Shown: positions 27,228 to 40,800 of the stretch, one piece after another
Numbering within the stretch: position 1 is the first letter of the stretch
Layout of the letters: every line of letters starts with the position of its first letter
Origin: Octopus vulgaris
Taxonomy: Eukaryota
DNA length: 64,000 nucleotides
Reading direction: 5' to 3'
Assembly: GCA_951406725.2 (NCBI GenBank)
Contig: OX597823.1
Span: 76,632,001-76,696,000, forward strand
Position numbers and translations under genes: made by a program
The notes under the pieces: model-generated
What the model saw: only the letters and a program-made list of their open reading frames with translations
Databases searched by the model: none
What the model was told of the DNA's origin: nothing

Positions 27228-30200
27228 TTATGTTGTATCTTTCACTCGCAACTTTCGTGCTACATCTTTCCATCGTTCTTCATACACTCTCCTAGTCAGG
27301 CATATTCTCTCCAGCCCTATCTTCCTTTTCAGGTGAAAGATGAAATAATTCATCAAACCAGGGCCGGAGATGAACTTGCCTGACTGTAAACCTTTCATTC
27401 TCGTCTTCCATATCACCTCTTTCGCAATTGCTACTACAACGAGAAAACGAAACTTACCTTCATTCACGAGGAAATCCGGTGGGTCAATTTTTGTAATCGA
27501 CTCAGTCGACAGCTGTACTCTTCGTGTACCTGACAACAGCTGTTCGGCATAAACCCACACCTCAGACACGTCCGGACAATGAACAATAGCGTGCGGGACG
27601 GTTTCCCTATCCCGCCCGCATCTTGGACATATCGGACTGTCTTGGCCACCGTGCCTTGCGAGTTTATCCCGAACAGGTAGAGCTCCTCTGTAGCATTGCC
27701 ATGCCAGAGACTTCTGGAAGTTGTCCAGTGTCCTCGGCTTGAACGTACGTCGGAACAGACTGGCCAGCTGATTATCGTCGAGACCCAGGGTTTCCCCCAA
27801 GGTATCTTCACATTCCGCCTCTACCAACCCTCTATAGAAGAATGTGGTGGAACCCCCACCGCAGGCGTTGCCCGAGCGACGGAATAGCAGGAGAGCTTTG
27901 CGACACTCCGTGTACCAAGTACCAAGTTTCGATCTACGATTCAGCCAGGTTTCCCATCCACCGAAACTAGTGAACTTGGGAAACATCAGTTTTGCTAACG
28001 AAGACCACACCCGTTCACCATCCAGGTAGAGCCACAGATGTCTTAACCTCAGCGCATGTCTGCGCATCATCAGCCAAGGCATCCCTAGCCCACCCTTTAA
28101 CGGTTGTTGACAGCAAGTAGAGCGTTTCACAAGTGGTTTCCCGCCCATCCACAAGAAGTAGAAGAGCTGTCTTTCCAACTTGATCAACCACGAATCGGGG
28201 CAAGGAACGACGGAAAGGCGGTAGGTGATAACCGATGCGATAAACACATTGGCTACCTCCGCCCTCCCTTTCAGGGATAGCCACCGCCAAGACCAGGTCT
28301 TGGCTACTGCAGCCACCTTGCTCGTTACCTCGCCCCAATTCTTCTCTATTTGGAGGTCTGGACCGAACCAGACCCCTAGCAGTTTAATCGGACCCTCCGT
28401 CCAACGTCCCACGACGCTGTCAGGAGGCATCGACTTGCCTCTCCAGGTGCCGAGTTGCAAGCCGACTGACTTTTCGCGATTAACTTTTGCTCCTGTCACC
28501 GTCTCGTAAGCCTCTATGGCCTTGCCTACTTTACATAGGTGGTCCATTTCGGTTACGATGATGGTGATGTCATCCGCGAACGCTGACACTGATTTTCCAT
28601 TACCTGGCTGTCTCGGGATGCCGCTCAGTTTTCGCAGTAATGGCTCAAGAGCCATCACGTACAAAAGCGGGGAGAGCGGACACCCTTGACGAACCGAGCG
28701 TTTGATTTTGAACGGCTTCGACAAGAAGCCGTTCACCCGAACTACCGAGTCGATGTTATCATAAATTTGGATAATCCACCTGAGGAAGCCAAGGCTCAGC
28801 CCGAACTGTGCCAGGGCAGATACCAGGTAACGATGGTCGACCCTATCAAAAGCTTTAGATTGGTCTAAATGGACCAGTGCCCCACCCTTGCCAGAATCAC
28901 TATTAAACCCCTCTATAGTGTACCGCATTAGATGGAGATTATCCTGAATGGATCTGCCCGGAACGGCACATGTCTGTGCCTCTCCGATCAGACCATCCGC
29001 GACACGCGCCAATCTTTTCGATAACACTTTGGCCAAAATCTTCAACTCTGTGTTTAGCAGAGTGATGGGCCTGAAATTATCAATACACTACCCCTTGCTC
29101 GGGTCCTTTCTGACGAGAGTCACCACTCCCCGGCGCACAGATCTGAGTACAAGCCCGTTCTGCTGCCAGTTCGCATAGACCTCCGCCAGTAGGTGCCCGA
29201 ACAAGTCTGGCATACTCTTATATAACTCATAGGGTAGACCATCCAAACCCGGCGCCTTGCCCGCGCCGCAGTCTGCCATTGCCTCAACAACCTCCTCAGG
29301 CGTGATTGGCCCTTCACAGCCCTCCGCATCTCGCCCCGATAAGCGCGGCAGCCCGTCGAGTAGGTCCGTAAAGGCCCTCCTCCTATCCAGTCCGCCGCAC
29401 TCACCGAAAAGCTGAGCGAAGTGCTCCTGAAAGGCCTCACACATCTCCTCGGGTTCGTTTATCAACTCACCTTGTTGGTTCTTCAAAGATCGAATCGTGG
29501 CGTCGTTGCCATTCCGGGCTTCCACCACTCGGGCCCATCTCACGGCGTTGATTCCTTCACATCCCATATGACGGATTCTAGCCCTGACAATGCAGCCCAT
29601 GTGTTTGGCCTCGAGGTGCTGGTTTAACACCAGTCTCTTGGACGCCACCTGAGCCGCAGAGCCAGTTTTCATGGCTTCCTCTAATTCCTTAACTAGAGTA
29701 TTATCCTCTCTAGCCACTACTCCTATGCTATATCTAATAGACTCAAACTTGATGGCTCGTTTGAGGGCGTACCACCATTTGTTATTAATGATGGTACCGG
29801 ATAGTGCCCTCTGAATTATGTTCCTAATCCGGTCTTTGTACTCCTTAATCGCCAAAAGGGACGTATTAAGTTTCCAGTAACCGGATCCTCTATTTCTAAC
29901 CTTATCTATGTCAAGCTTACAAGTGACCATTTTATGATCACTGTAGCTGATCGGGTAAAACTGTGGACACTTAGCTATTTTACTGTCTACTTTTCTAATT
30001 AGAATTCTATCTATATATGACCTGGAAGATCCGTCGCTGTTTGACCATGTCCACAATGGAGCGTTCGGAAATTCCAGCCTATACGGATCTGCTAGCTCAA
30101 AGCGGCTTAGCAGTTCCATGAAGCCACTGTTACCTCTCCTATCTGGACACGAGCCAACACAATCTACATCCGCTTTGCAAATTGTGTTAAAGTCTCCTAG

Positions 30201-30617
30201 CACCACTAATGAATGCGAAGTACCAAGAAATATTTCTAGATCACGAAAATAATCACTTTGCCCTTTTTTACTGTTGGGTGCGTAAATTGCAACCAGTCTG
30301 ATAACTTTACCGTTACTGAACGTCAAATCCATGACGACCAGCCTACCTTCTGGGTCTGAAAAAATTAACTTTTTCTCAAAAACCCGGTTTCTTTTTAATA
30401 GGACCAACACCCCACCCCCGCCTGTAGGACTGGCCGGAGAGAAAAAACTCTCGTAGCCGTCAAACAGCGGGAGTAGACCTCTTGGCCCCTCCAACCGGGT
30501 TTCTGTAGCAACAATAACATCCAAATTGCGCGACCTGATATCATTAAGGAAGCGACCTTGCTTCCCGCTTGATCCCAGGCCGCGCACATTTAAACAACCA
30601 ACATAAATGTAGTCCAT
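27228..30617 (-). pseudogene. E3 ORF2 with a single in-frame TAG at 29088-29090
   Basis: 509 aa and 605 aa pieces in the same frame; GAG in E4/E6 is TAG here. Confidence 0.9.
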
Positions 30618-30625
30618 AACTTACC

Positions 30626-31978
30626 TTATATCAGTGGTTCGACTTGTTCGACTGGTTTGCCTTGTTTTTCGTCGTCTTCTTCGTTTTTATTTTTTTCCTT
30701 GGCTCGTGGGGGAGTCCGACGCAGGCCCTCGTATAGATATGGAGACATGTCCAGTCTCAGAGGGCCCACGTCGTGGAAGAATTCGGATTTTATCCGCCTG
30801 TAGTCCTTCCGGCCTATTTTGTACACAATACAGTCTTTCGTTTTCCTTACTCTCTCCACTTTGGCCATGGCTGCCAACACATTGACTAGTCTATTGTTGG
30901 TAGCCTTAATGGCCATAAATGAATTGGTTACTTCTTTTCTCTTCTTCTGGTTTTCTTCTTCTTGAGGGGTGGTTTCTGTTTTCCGGGTTTTTTTTTTGGT
31001 AACTTTTGACCACCCCTCCTCTTTTTCTTTTTCTGCACCACTCGATGATTTTTCTACCTCTTTGGTTTCCTCTGTTTTCTTTTCTGTTTCAGTTTCTTCC
31101 TTTTCCGACGGTGCTTCTACCTGCGGTTTAGGATGACACTCTGCTCTTACGTGTCCCTTTTTTCCGCAGCCGAAGCACCTCGGCTTTCTTCCTTCTACGA
31201 AAACCAACACTCTCTCCTCCTCATCGAGCCTCAGCACCTCTGGTATTTCCTCCAGTGTCTGGACCTCCGCTTGGATTGCCATTGTGATGCTCTGGCCCTG
31301 CCAAAACCCCTCCTCCTCCACTGTAGCTTGGAGGATATTGATTTTGTCCTTCAGGCCTAGCATCACTGCCGCCACCAGGCATGTGGCGTCCGCCTCTGGG
31401 GGAATATTCCTCATAACTATTTTTGAGGTCCTTCTGCCTCTGTACAAGGGTAGAAGGACTATGTTCCCTGCTTTTTGTGGTTCGGTAGATAGCCTCTTTG
31501 CTATTTCCTCGGTCCTAAACCTCACCTCTACCGTTCCGAACCTTCTTCCTCTGTTTATATAAGTTACGTCCTTTCTAATTGCCTTCAGACACTCCTCTAT
31601 TTTATTTTCTTCCACTTTTTGGATACTTTTTGTTGTCGTACTGTATGTTTTATAAATTATCCTTTTCTTTTCTATCTCTTCTTTTTTTCCAATATCTGCT
31701 TTTACTGCTATCTCATTTCCTTCTTTTTTCAGAAGGACTTCGTATTTTTCCAGATTATCTGTATTTATACTTTTTTGTTTACGCCCTGCAACTTCCGCGA
31801 ACTTCTTCGCTGGGGCCTTTTTTTCTGGCGTTACCGCCGGTTCTTTTTCCGGCGTCACCGCCGGTGGGCTTTCTTCACCTGAGGCTTGTGAGCTTCCATC
31901 ACCTGAGATTGGTGAATAAGAGATGGGGAATTCCATTTCGAGCTTTTTCAGTTGGCATTCACCGCCTTCCGAAGACAT
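30626..31978 (-). CDS. E3 ORF1
   Basis: 450 aa; CFGCGKKGHVRAEC knuckle. Confidence 0.88.
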   Translation of the reverse strand: MSSEGGECQLKKLEMEFPISYSPISGDGSSQASGEESPPAVTPEKEPAVTPEKKAPAKKFAEVAGRKQKSINTDNLEKYEVLLKKEGNEIAVKADIGKKEEIEKKRIIYKTYSTTTKSIQKVEENKIEECLKAIRKDVTYINRGRRFGTVEVRFRTEEIAKRLSTEPQKAGNIVLLPLYRGRRTSKIVMRNIPPEADATCLVAAVMLGLKDKINILQATVEEEGFWQGQSITMAIQAEVQTLEEIPEVLRLDEEERVLVFVEGRKPRCFGCGKKGHVRAECHPKPQVEAPSEKEETETEKKTEETKEVEKSSSGAEKEKEEGWSKVTKKKTRKTETTPQEEENQKKRKEVTNSFMAIKATNNRLVNVLAAMAKVERVRKTKDCIVYKIGRKDYRRIKSEFFHDVGPLRLDMSPYLYEGLRRTPPRAKEKNKNEEDDEKQGKPVEQVEPLI

Positions 31979-32451
31979 TTTGGCTTTGCAAGCCGTTTGT
32001 AGAAAATTTTTTTTTTAAATTGTTCCACACACAATAATTCCCCCGCGAGGGGGGAACTAAGTACGCAGCCTTCGCACGAAGGCCACTAACAGTCTTATAG
32101 AAAAGACACCAAAACAACAGTGATTAAGTTAACAAAGTAGCAGTAATTTACTAACCAAGCAGGCACTCGTATTCAGTCGGTCAAAGTTCAGCCTTTGAGT
32201 ATCTGTTTTATTATTACCCACAAGGGGCCAACAAAGAGGGGACAATACAACCTGATGTGGGGTCAGATTCTCGGATGGGGTTACAAAAAGGATGAGATTA
32301 AAAATTCCAAAAATTCACAAAAATGCAAAAATTATAAAATCGAATGAAAAAACAGACCGGAAGACATTACAGGTGGAGTGGGGCGGGTTCAGCTCGGACC
32401 CCACGAGCCCCGCCTCACCACTGATACTTTTGGTTTCGTTCTGATTTACAT

Positions 32452-35400
32452 TTATGTGGTGTCATCCATTCTCAACTTCCGTGCTACATCCTTCCATCGT
32501 TCTTCATACACTCTTTTAGTCAGGCATTTTCTCTCCAGCCCTATCTTCCTTTTCAGGTGGTAGATGAAGTAATTCATCAACCCAGGGCCGGATATGAACT
32601 TGCCTGACCGTGTACCTTTCATTCTCGTCTTCCATATCACCTCTTTCGCAATTGCTACCACAACGAGAAAACAATTCTTACCTTCTTTCGCGAGGAAATC
32701 TGGTGGGTCAATTTTTTTAATACACTCAGTCGACAGCTGTACTCTTCGTGTGCTTGACAACAGCTGTTCGGCATAAACCCACACCTCAGACACGACCGAA
32801 CAATGAACAATAGCGTGCGGGACGGTTTCCCTATCCCGCCCGCATCTTGGACACATCGGACTGTCCCGGCCACCGTGCCTTGCGAGTTTATCCCGAACAG
32901 GTAGAGCTCCTCTGTAGCATTGCCATGCCAGAGACTTCTGGAAGTTGTCCAGTGTCTTCGGCTCGAACGTACGTCGGAACAGACTGGCCAGCTGATTATC
33001 GTCGAGACCCAGGGTTTCCCCCAAGGTGTCTTCACATTTCGCCTCTACCAACCCTCTATAGAAGAATGTGGTGGAACCCCCACCGCAGGCGTTGCCCGAG
33101 CGACGGAATAGCAGGAGAGCCTTGCGACACTCCGTATGCCATGTACCGGGATTCGATCTACGATTCGGCCAGGTTTTCCGTCCACCGAAACTAGTGAACT
33201 TGGGAAACATCAGTTTTGCTAACGGAGACCACACCCGTTCACCATCCAGGTAGAGCCACAGATGTCTTAACCTCAGCGCATGTCTGCGCATCATCAGCCA
33301 AGGCATCCCTAGCCCACCCTTTAACGGTTGTTGACAGCAAGTAGAGCGTTTCACAAGTGGTTTCCCGCCCTTCCACAGGAAGTAGAAGAGCTGTCTTTCC
33401 AACTTGGTCAACCACGAATCGGGGCATGGAACGACGGAAAGGCGGTAGGTGATAACCGATGCGATAAACACATTGGCCACCTCCGCCCTCCCTTTCAAGG
33501 ATAGCCACCGCCAATACCAGGTCTTGGCTACTGCAACCACCTTGCTCGTTACCTCGCCCCAATTCTTCTCTATTTGGAGGTCTGGACCGAACCAGACCCC
33601 TAGCAGTTTAATCGGACCCTCCGTCCAACGTCCCACGACGCTGTCAGGAGGCATCGACTTGCCTCTCCAGGTGCCGAGTTGCAAGCCGACTGACTTTTCG
33701 CGATTAACTTTTGCTCCTGTCACCGTCTCGTAATCCTCTATGGCCTTGCCTACTTTACATAGGTGGTCCATTTCGGTCACGATGATGGTGATGTCGTCCG
33801 CGTACGCTGACACTGATTTTCCATTACCTGGCTGTCTCGGGATGCCGCTCAGTTTTCGCAGTAATGGCTCAAGAGCCATCACGTACAAAAGCGGGGAGAG
33901 CGGACACCCTTGACGAACCGAGCGTTTGATTTTGAACGGCTTCGACAAGAAGCCGTTCACCCGAACTACCGAGTCGATGTTGTCGTAAATTTGGATAATC
34001 CACCTGAGGAAGCCAAGGCTCAGCCCGAACTGTGCCAGGGCAGACACCAGGTAACGATGGTCGACCCTATCAAAAGCTTTAGGATTGGTCTAAATGGACC
34101 AGTGCCCCACCCTTGCCAGAATCACTATTAAACCCCTCTATAGTGTACCGCATTAGATGGAGATTATCCTGAATGGTTCTGCCCGGAACGGCACATGTCT
34201 GTGCCTCCCCGATCAGACCATCCGCGACACGCGCCAATCTTTTCGATAACACTTTGGCCAAAATCTTCAACTCTGTGTTTAGCAGAGTGATGGGCCTGAA
34301 ATTATCAATGCACTCCCCCTTGCTCGGGTCCTTTCTGACGAGAGTTACCACTCCCCGGCGCACAGATCTGGGTATAAGCCCGTTCTGCTGCCAGTTCGCA
34401 TAGACCTCCGCCAGTAGGTGCCCGAACAAGTCTGGCATACTCTTATATAACTCGTAGGGTAGACCATCCAAACCCGGCGCCTTGCCCGCGCCGCAGTCCG
34501 CCATTGCCTCCACTACCTCCTCAGGCGTGATTGGCCCTTCACAGCCCTCCGCATCTCGCCCCGATAAGCGCGGCAGCCCGTCGAGTAGGTCCGTAAAGGC
34601 CCTCCTCCTATCCAGCCCGCCGCACTCACCGAAAAGCTGAGCGAAGTGCTCCTGAAAGGCCTCACACATCTCCTCGGGTTCGTTTATCAACTCACCTTGT
34701 TGGTTCTTCAAAGATCGAATCGTGGCGTCGTTGCCATTCCGGGCTTCCACCACTCGGGCCCATCTCACGGCGTTGATTCCTTCACATCCCATATGACGGA
34801 TTCTAGCCCTGACAATGCAGCCCATGTGTTTGGCCTCGAGGTGCTGGTTTAACACCAGTCTCTTGGCCGCCACCTGAGCCGCAGAGCCAGTTTTCATGGC
34901 TTCCTCTAATTCCTTAACTAGAGTAGTTTCCCTTCTAGCCTCTCTAGACACTACTCCTATGCTATATCTAATAGACTCAAACTTGATGGCTCGTTTGAGG
35001 GCGTACCACCATTTGTTATTAATGATGGCACCAGACAGTGCCCTCTGAATTATGGTCCTAATCCGGTCTCTGTACTCCTTAATCGCCAAAAGGGACGTAT
35101 TAAGTTTCCAGTAACCGGATCCTCTATTTCTAACCTTATCTATGTCAAGCTTACAAGTGACCATTTTATGATCACTGTAGCTTATCGGGTGAAACTGTGG
35201 ACACTTAGCTATTTTACTGTCTACCTTTCTAATTAGAATTCTATCTATGTATGACCTGGAAGATCCGTCGCTGTTTGACCATGTCCACAATGGAGCGTTC
35301 GGAAATTCCAACCTATAAGGATCTGCTAGCTCAAAGCGGCTTAGCAGTTCCAGGAAGCCTGAGTTACCTTTTCTATCTGCATTCGAGCCAACACAATCTA

Positions 35401-35854
35401 CATCCGCTTTGCAAATTGTGTTAAAGTCTCCTAGCACAACTAATGAATGCGAAGTACCGAGAAAGTTTTCTAGATCACGAAAATAATCACTTTGCCCTTT
35501 TTTACTGTTGGGTGCGTAAATTGCAACCAGTCTGATAACTTTACCGTTACTGAACGTCAAATCCATGACGACCAGCCTACCTTCTGGGTCTGAAAAAATT
35601 AACTTTTTCTCAAAAACCCGGTTTCTTTTTAGTAGGACCAACACCCCACCCCCGCCTGTAGGACTGGCCGGAGAGACAAAACTCTCGTAGCCGTCAAACA
35701 GTGGGAGTAGACCTCTTGGCCCCTTTAACCGGGTTTCTGTAGCAACAATAACATCCAAATTGCGCGACCTGATATCATTAAGGAAGCGACCTTGCTTCCC
35801 GCTTGATCCCAGGCCGCGCACATTTAAACAACCAACATAAATGTAGTCCATCAC
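32452..35854 (-). pseudogene. E4 ORF2 with a 1-bp insertion near 34082
   Basis: 591 aa and 531 aa pieces; extra g in aaagctttaggattgg versus aaagctttagattgg in E3/E6. Confidence 0.9.
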
Positions 35855-35864
35855 TTACCTTATA

Positions 35865-37207
35865 TCAGTAGTTTGGCTTGTTCGACAGGTTCGCCTTGTT
35901 CTTCTTCGCTTTTATTTTTTTCCTTGGCTCGTGGGGAGTCCGACGCAGGCCCTCGTATAGATATGGAGACATGTCCAGTCTCAGAGGGCCCACGTCGTGG
36001 AAGAATTCGGATTTTATCCTCCTGTAGTCCTTCCGGCCTATTTTGTACACGATAAAGTCTTTCATTTTTCTTATTCGTTCCACCTTGGCCATGGCTGCCA
36101 ACACATTGACTAGTCTGTTGTTGGTAGCCTTAATGGCCATAAATGAAGAAGTAACATCTTTTCTTTTCTTCAGGTTTTCTTCTTCTTGAGGGGTGGTTTC
36201 CGTTTTCCGTTTTTTTTTGGTAACTTTAGACCACCCCTCCTCTTTTTCGTTTTCTTTTTCCTTTTCTGCACCACTTGCTGTTTTTTCCACCTCTTTGGTT
36301 TCCTCTGTTTTCTTTTTCTTCTCCGCTTCTTCTTTTTCCGACGGTGCTTCTACCTGCGGTTTAGGTTGACACTCCGCTCTTACGTGTCCCTTTTTTCCGC
36401 AGCCTCGGTTTTCTTTCCTTCTACAAATACCAATACTCTCTCCTCCTCATCGAGCCTCAGCACCTCTGGTATTTCCTCCAGTGTCTGGGCCTCCGCTTGT
36501 ATTGCCATTGTGATAATCTGGCCCTGCCAAAATCCCTCCTCCTCCACTGTAGCTTGGAGGATATTGATTTTTTCCTTCAGGCCCAGCATCACTGCCGCCA
36601 CCAGGCATGAGGCGTCCGCCTCTGGGGGAATATTCCTCATCACTATTTTTGAGGTCCTTCTTCCTCTGTACAAGGGTAGAAGGACTATGTTTCCTGCTTT
36701 TTGAGGTTCTGTAGATAGCCTCTTTGCTATTTCTTCGGTCCTGAACCTCACTTCTACCGTTCCGAACCGTCTTCCTCTGTTTATATATGTGATGTCCTTT
36801 CTAATTGCCTTCAGGCACTCCTCTATTTTACACTCTTCCACTTTTTGTATACTTTTCGTTGTCATGCTGTATGTCTTGTAAATTATTCTTTTCTTTTCAA
36901 TCTCTTCCTTTTTTTCCACAACTTTTTTAACTGCTATTTCATTTCCTTCTTTTTTTAGAAGGGCTTCATATTTATCCAGGTTATCTATATTTATGTTTTT
37001 CTGTTTGCGCCCTACAACTTCCGCGAACTTCTTTGCTGGGGCCTTTTTTCCTGGCGTTACCGCCGATTCTTTTTCCGGTGTCACCGCCGGCGAGCTTCCC
37101 TCACCCGAGGCTTGAGAGCCTTCATCACCTGAGATAGGTGAATAGGAAATGGGGAATTCCATTTCGAGTTTTTCTTCCAGTTGGCATTCACTGCCTTCCA
37201 AAGACAT
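35865..37207 (-). pseudogene. E4 ORF1 with a frameshifting deletion in the zinc knuckle near 36405
   Basis: Aligns to E3 ORF1 on both sides of a small deletion. Confidence 0.85.
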
Positions 37208-37812
37208 TCTGGCTTTGCAGCCGTTTGTAGAAAAATATTTTTTTTTTGTTTTTGGATGTGTTTCACACACGATGACACACAATAATTCCCCCGCGGGGGG
37301 GGGGGGGAACTAAGTACACAACCTTCGCACGAAGGCCACTAACCGTCTTATTGAAAAGACACCAAAACAACAGTGTTTTAAATTAACACAGCAACAGTAA
37401 TCTACTAACTTTCAAATTCAACAACAATATTTCACTGACAAAATAAAACTCACGTCTCAGTTTTTGAGTATCGATGAAAAAGTAACATCTAACAAACACT
37501 ACATGACGAGTATTCAGTTGGTGAAAGTTCAGTTTTTCAGTGTCTATGATTTCTTTATTACCCACAAGGGGCCAACGAAGAATGGGACAATACATCATGA
37601 TTTGGGGTCATGAGACACAGATGGTATTTACAGAAAAAATGAACTTTTTTTTTTTTTTTTATAAAAAAAATTACAAAAAATCGGATAAATCGAATGATAT
37701 ACAACAACAACAACACAACATAAAGGTAACACATGAAGCGGGAACACCAGGATTGCCGACCCCACGAGCCCTGCTATTCCCACCGAAACTCGGCAGCCAA
37801 CCAACAGCATGT

Positions 37813-40800
37813 TTACGTGGCTCCTCTCACTCGCAGCAACCGTGCCACACGCTTCCATATTTTATCGAACTCACACGCAGACAGACACCTCTTCTCCAAC
37901 TCCACCTTTCTTTTTAGGTGGAACCTGAAATAGGTCACCAAGGCGGAGCCAGAGATCACGGTGCCTGTCGTTACCGCTTTCATTCTGGTCTTCCATATAC
38001 ACTCTTTCGCTACTGCTACTGTACTGAGAAAGCAATGCTTACCTTCACTTGTCAAAAAGCTAGGCGAGTCAATTTTTATAATTGTCTCAGCCGATAGCTG
38101 TACTCTTCTTCCGTCCGACAACAGGTGTTCGGCATATACCCACACGTCCGAGATTTTCGGACACTGAACAATAGCGTGCGAGACTGTTTCCAGATCCCGC
38201 TCGCATCTTGGGCAGTTCGATGGTCCACTCCAACCATGCCTTGTGAGTTTATCCCGAACGGGTAAAGCTCCTCTGAAACATTGCCAGGTCAAAGACTTCT
38301 GGAAGTTATCCAATGTCTTCGGCCCGAACGTCCTTCGGAACAGGCTGTCCAACTGATTTCTATCGAGGCCCAAGGTCCTTCCTAAGGCATCGTCATTTCC
38401 GGCCTCTACCAACCTGCTATAAAAAGCTGCGGTGGTACCAAAGCCGCCGGCATTGCCCGACTTGCGGAAGTGGCAGAGTGCCTTATGGCACTCCGAATAC
38501 CACATGCTCGATCTAAGTCTGCGACGAAACCAGGTTTCTCTGCCACCGAAACTGACAAAGCTGGGGAACATCTGCTTCGCAAGCGGGGACCACACCCGTT
38601 CACCATCCAGGTAGAGCCAAAGGTGCCTTAACCTCAGCGCATCTCTGCGCATCATCAGCCAAGGCATCCCCAAGCCACCCTTTAACGGTTTCTGACAGCA
38701 GATAGAACGTCTTACAAGAGGAGCACTTCCCTTCCACAAAAAGTGGAAGATCTGTCTCTCCAACTTGCTCAACCACGAATCCGGACAAGGGACGACGGTC
38801 AGGCGGTAGGTGATGACCGATGCTAAAAACACATTGGCCACCTCCGCCCTCCCTTTCAAGGACAGCCACCGTCCGGACCAAGTCCCGACCGCGTGAGCCA
38901 CCTTGCCCGACACCTCAGACCAGTTCTTTTCTATCTGGAGACCTGGACCAAACCAGATCCCTAGCAGCTTAACCGGGCCCTCCGTCCAGCATCCCACGAT
39001 GCTATTCGAAGGCATCGACTTGCCCCTCCAGGTGCCGAGTTGCAAGCCGACCGATTTTTCCCGGTTAATCTTTGCTCCTGTCACCGTCTCGTAAGCCTTG
39101 ATGGCATCTCCCACATTACGTAGGAGTTCCACCTCGGTCACGATGATGGTGATGTCGTCCGCATACGATGTCACAGATCCTCCACCTCCTGGATTCATCG
39201 GGATGGCGCTCAGCTTTCGCAGCAATGGCTCAAGAGCCATCACATACAAAATCGGGGAGAGCGGACACCCTTGACGAACAGACTGTTTGATGCGGAACGG
39301 CCTCGAGAGGAAGCCATTCACCCGAACGATCGAGTCGATGTTATCGTACAATTGTATGATCCACCTGAGGAAGCCAATGCCCAGACCGAACTGCGCCAGC
39401 ACGGACACCAGGTACCGATGGTTCACCCTATCAAACGCTTTACTCTGGTCTAAATGGACCAATGCCCCACCCTTGCCAGAGTCATTCCCAAACCTCTCTA
39501 TTGTGTAGCGTACTAGGTGAAGATTGTCCTGGATGGTTCTTCCTGGGACCGCACAAGTTTGTGCCTTCCTGATCAGACCACCCGCGACACGCGTCAACCT
39601 TTTCGCTAACACCTTGGCCAAAATCTTCACCTCTGTGTTTAGCAGTGTGATGGGCCGAAAATTGTCTATGTTATCCCCCTTGCTCGGGTCCTTTCTGATC
39701 AGCGTCACCACTCCCCGACGTACAGATCTGGGAATGAACCCATTCTGCCGCCAGTTCGTGAAAACGCCGGCCAGCACGTTCCCGAACAAGTCTGGCATTC
39801 TTTTATATATTTCGTAAGGTAAACCATCGATCCCCGGCGCCTTGCCTTCACCGCAGTCGGCCAGGACCTCAGCTATCTCCTCAGGCGAGATCGACGCTTC
39901 ACAGCTCTCCGCATCCTGCCCCGAGAGGCGCGGCAGCCCGGCGAGGATGTCCGTTAGGTCCACCCTCTCCTCCGGTCCGCCGTCGCCCCCAAAGAGCCGA
40001 GCGAAGTGCTCCTGAAACGTCCGACACATCTCCTCTGGTTCGGTGATCACATCACCTCGCCCATTCGTCACAGACTTAATTGTGGAATCGTTTCCACGTT
40101 GAGCCTCCACAACTCGTGCCCATCCGGCAGCCTTGATACCCACGCACCCCATTGCGCGAATTCTAGCTCTGACGATACAACCCATATGTTGGGCTTCGAG
40201 GTGCTGGTTCAACTCCAGTCTCTTCAGCCTAACCTGGGCCCCATCGCCAGCTCTCATGGCTTCCTCTAAGGCCTTAACTAGCCCCATCTCTTTCTTACGC
40301 CCGCTAGTTGCTAGACCTATGCTGTATCTAACGGACTCGTATTTTATGGCTCTTTTGAGGGCGTACCACCATTTGTTGTTAATAATGGAACCGGTTAACG
40401 CCCTCTTCACTACTAACTCGATCCGCTTTCTGTACTCCTCAATAGCCAGGAGGGACTTATTGAGTTTCCAGTAGCCGGATCCCCTACTACCTAACTTATC
40501 TAGGTTCAGTTCGCCAGTGACCATCCTGTGATCGCTGTAACTGACCGTGTGAAACTGTGGACACTTAACTAATCCTTTATCTATTTTTCTAATAAAAATT
40601 CTGTCTATGTAAGACCCGATAGACCCGTCGCCACTTAACCACGTCCACTGTGGAGCGTTCGGGAATTCAAGTCTGTAGGGATCTACCAGCTGAAAGTGAC
40701 TCAGTAGATCCCGGAAGCCAGCGTTTGGTTTCCTATCTTTCGAGCCAATGCCATCGACGCGCGCGTCGACTATGGCATTAAAGTCCCCTAACATGACTAT

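Larger units (their letters stand above)
26986..32205 (-). mobile_element. L1/Tx1-like element E3 (subfamily III)
   Basis: Intact ORF1; ORF2 with one nonsense codon; conserved 3' terminus. Confidence 0.95.
32206..37548 (-). mobile_element. L1/Tx1-like element E4 (subfamily III)
   Basis: ORF1 and ORF2 each with one frameshift; conserved 3' terminus. Confidence 0.95.

Noticed and set aside
32198-32207. AGTATCTGTT resembles U2 snRNA near the Keno target
   Set aside because: Only about 10 nt, present at one junction, and no other U2 sequence nearby.
37730-38120. T>C excess in the E5 3' end relative to E2
   Set aside because: Several differences are at CpG sites and may be decay in E2; cannot be polarised with two copies.
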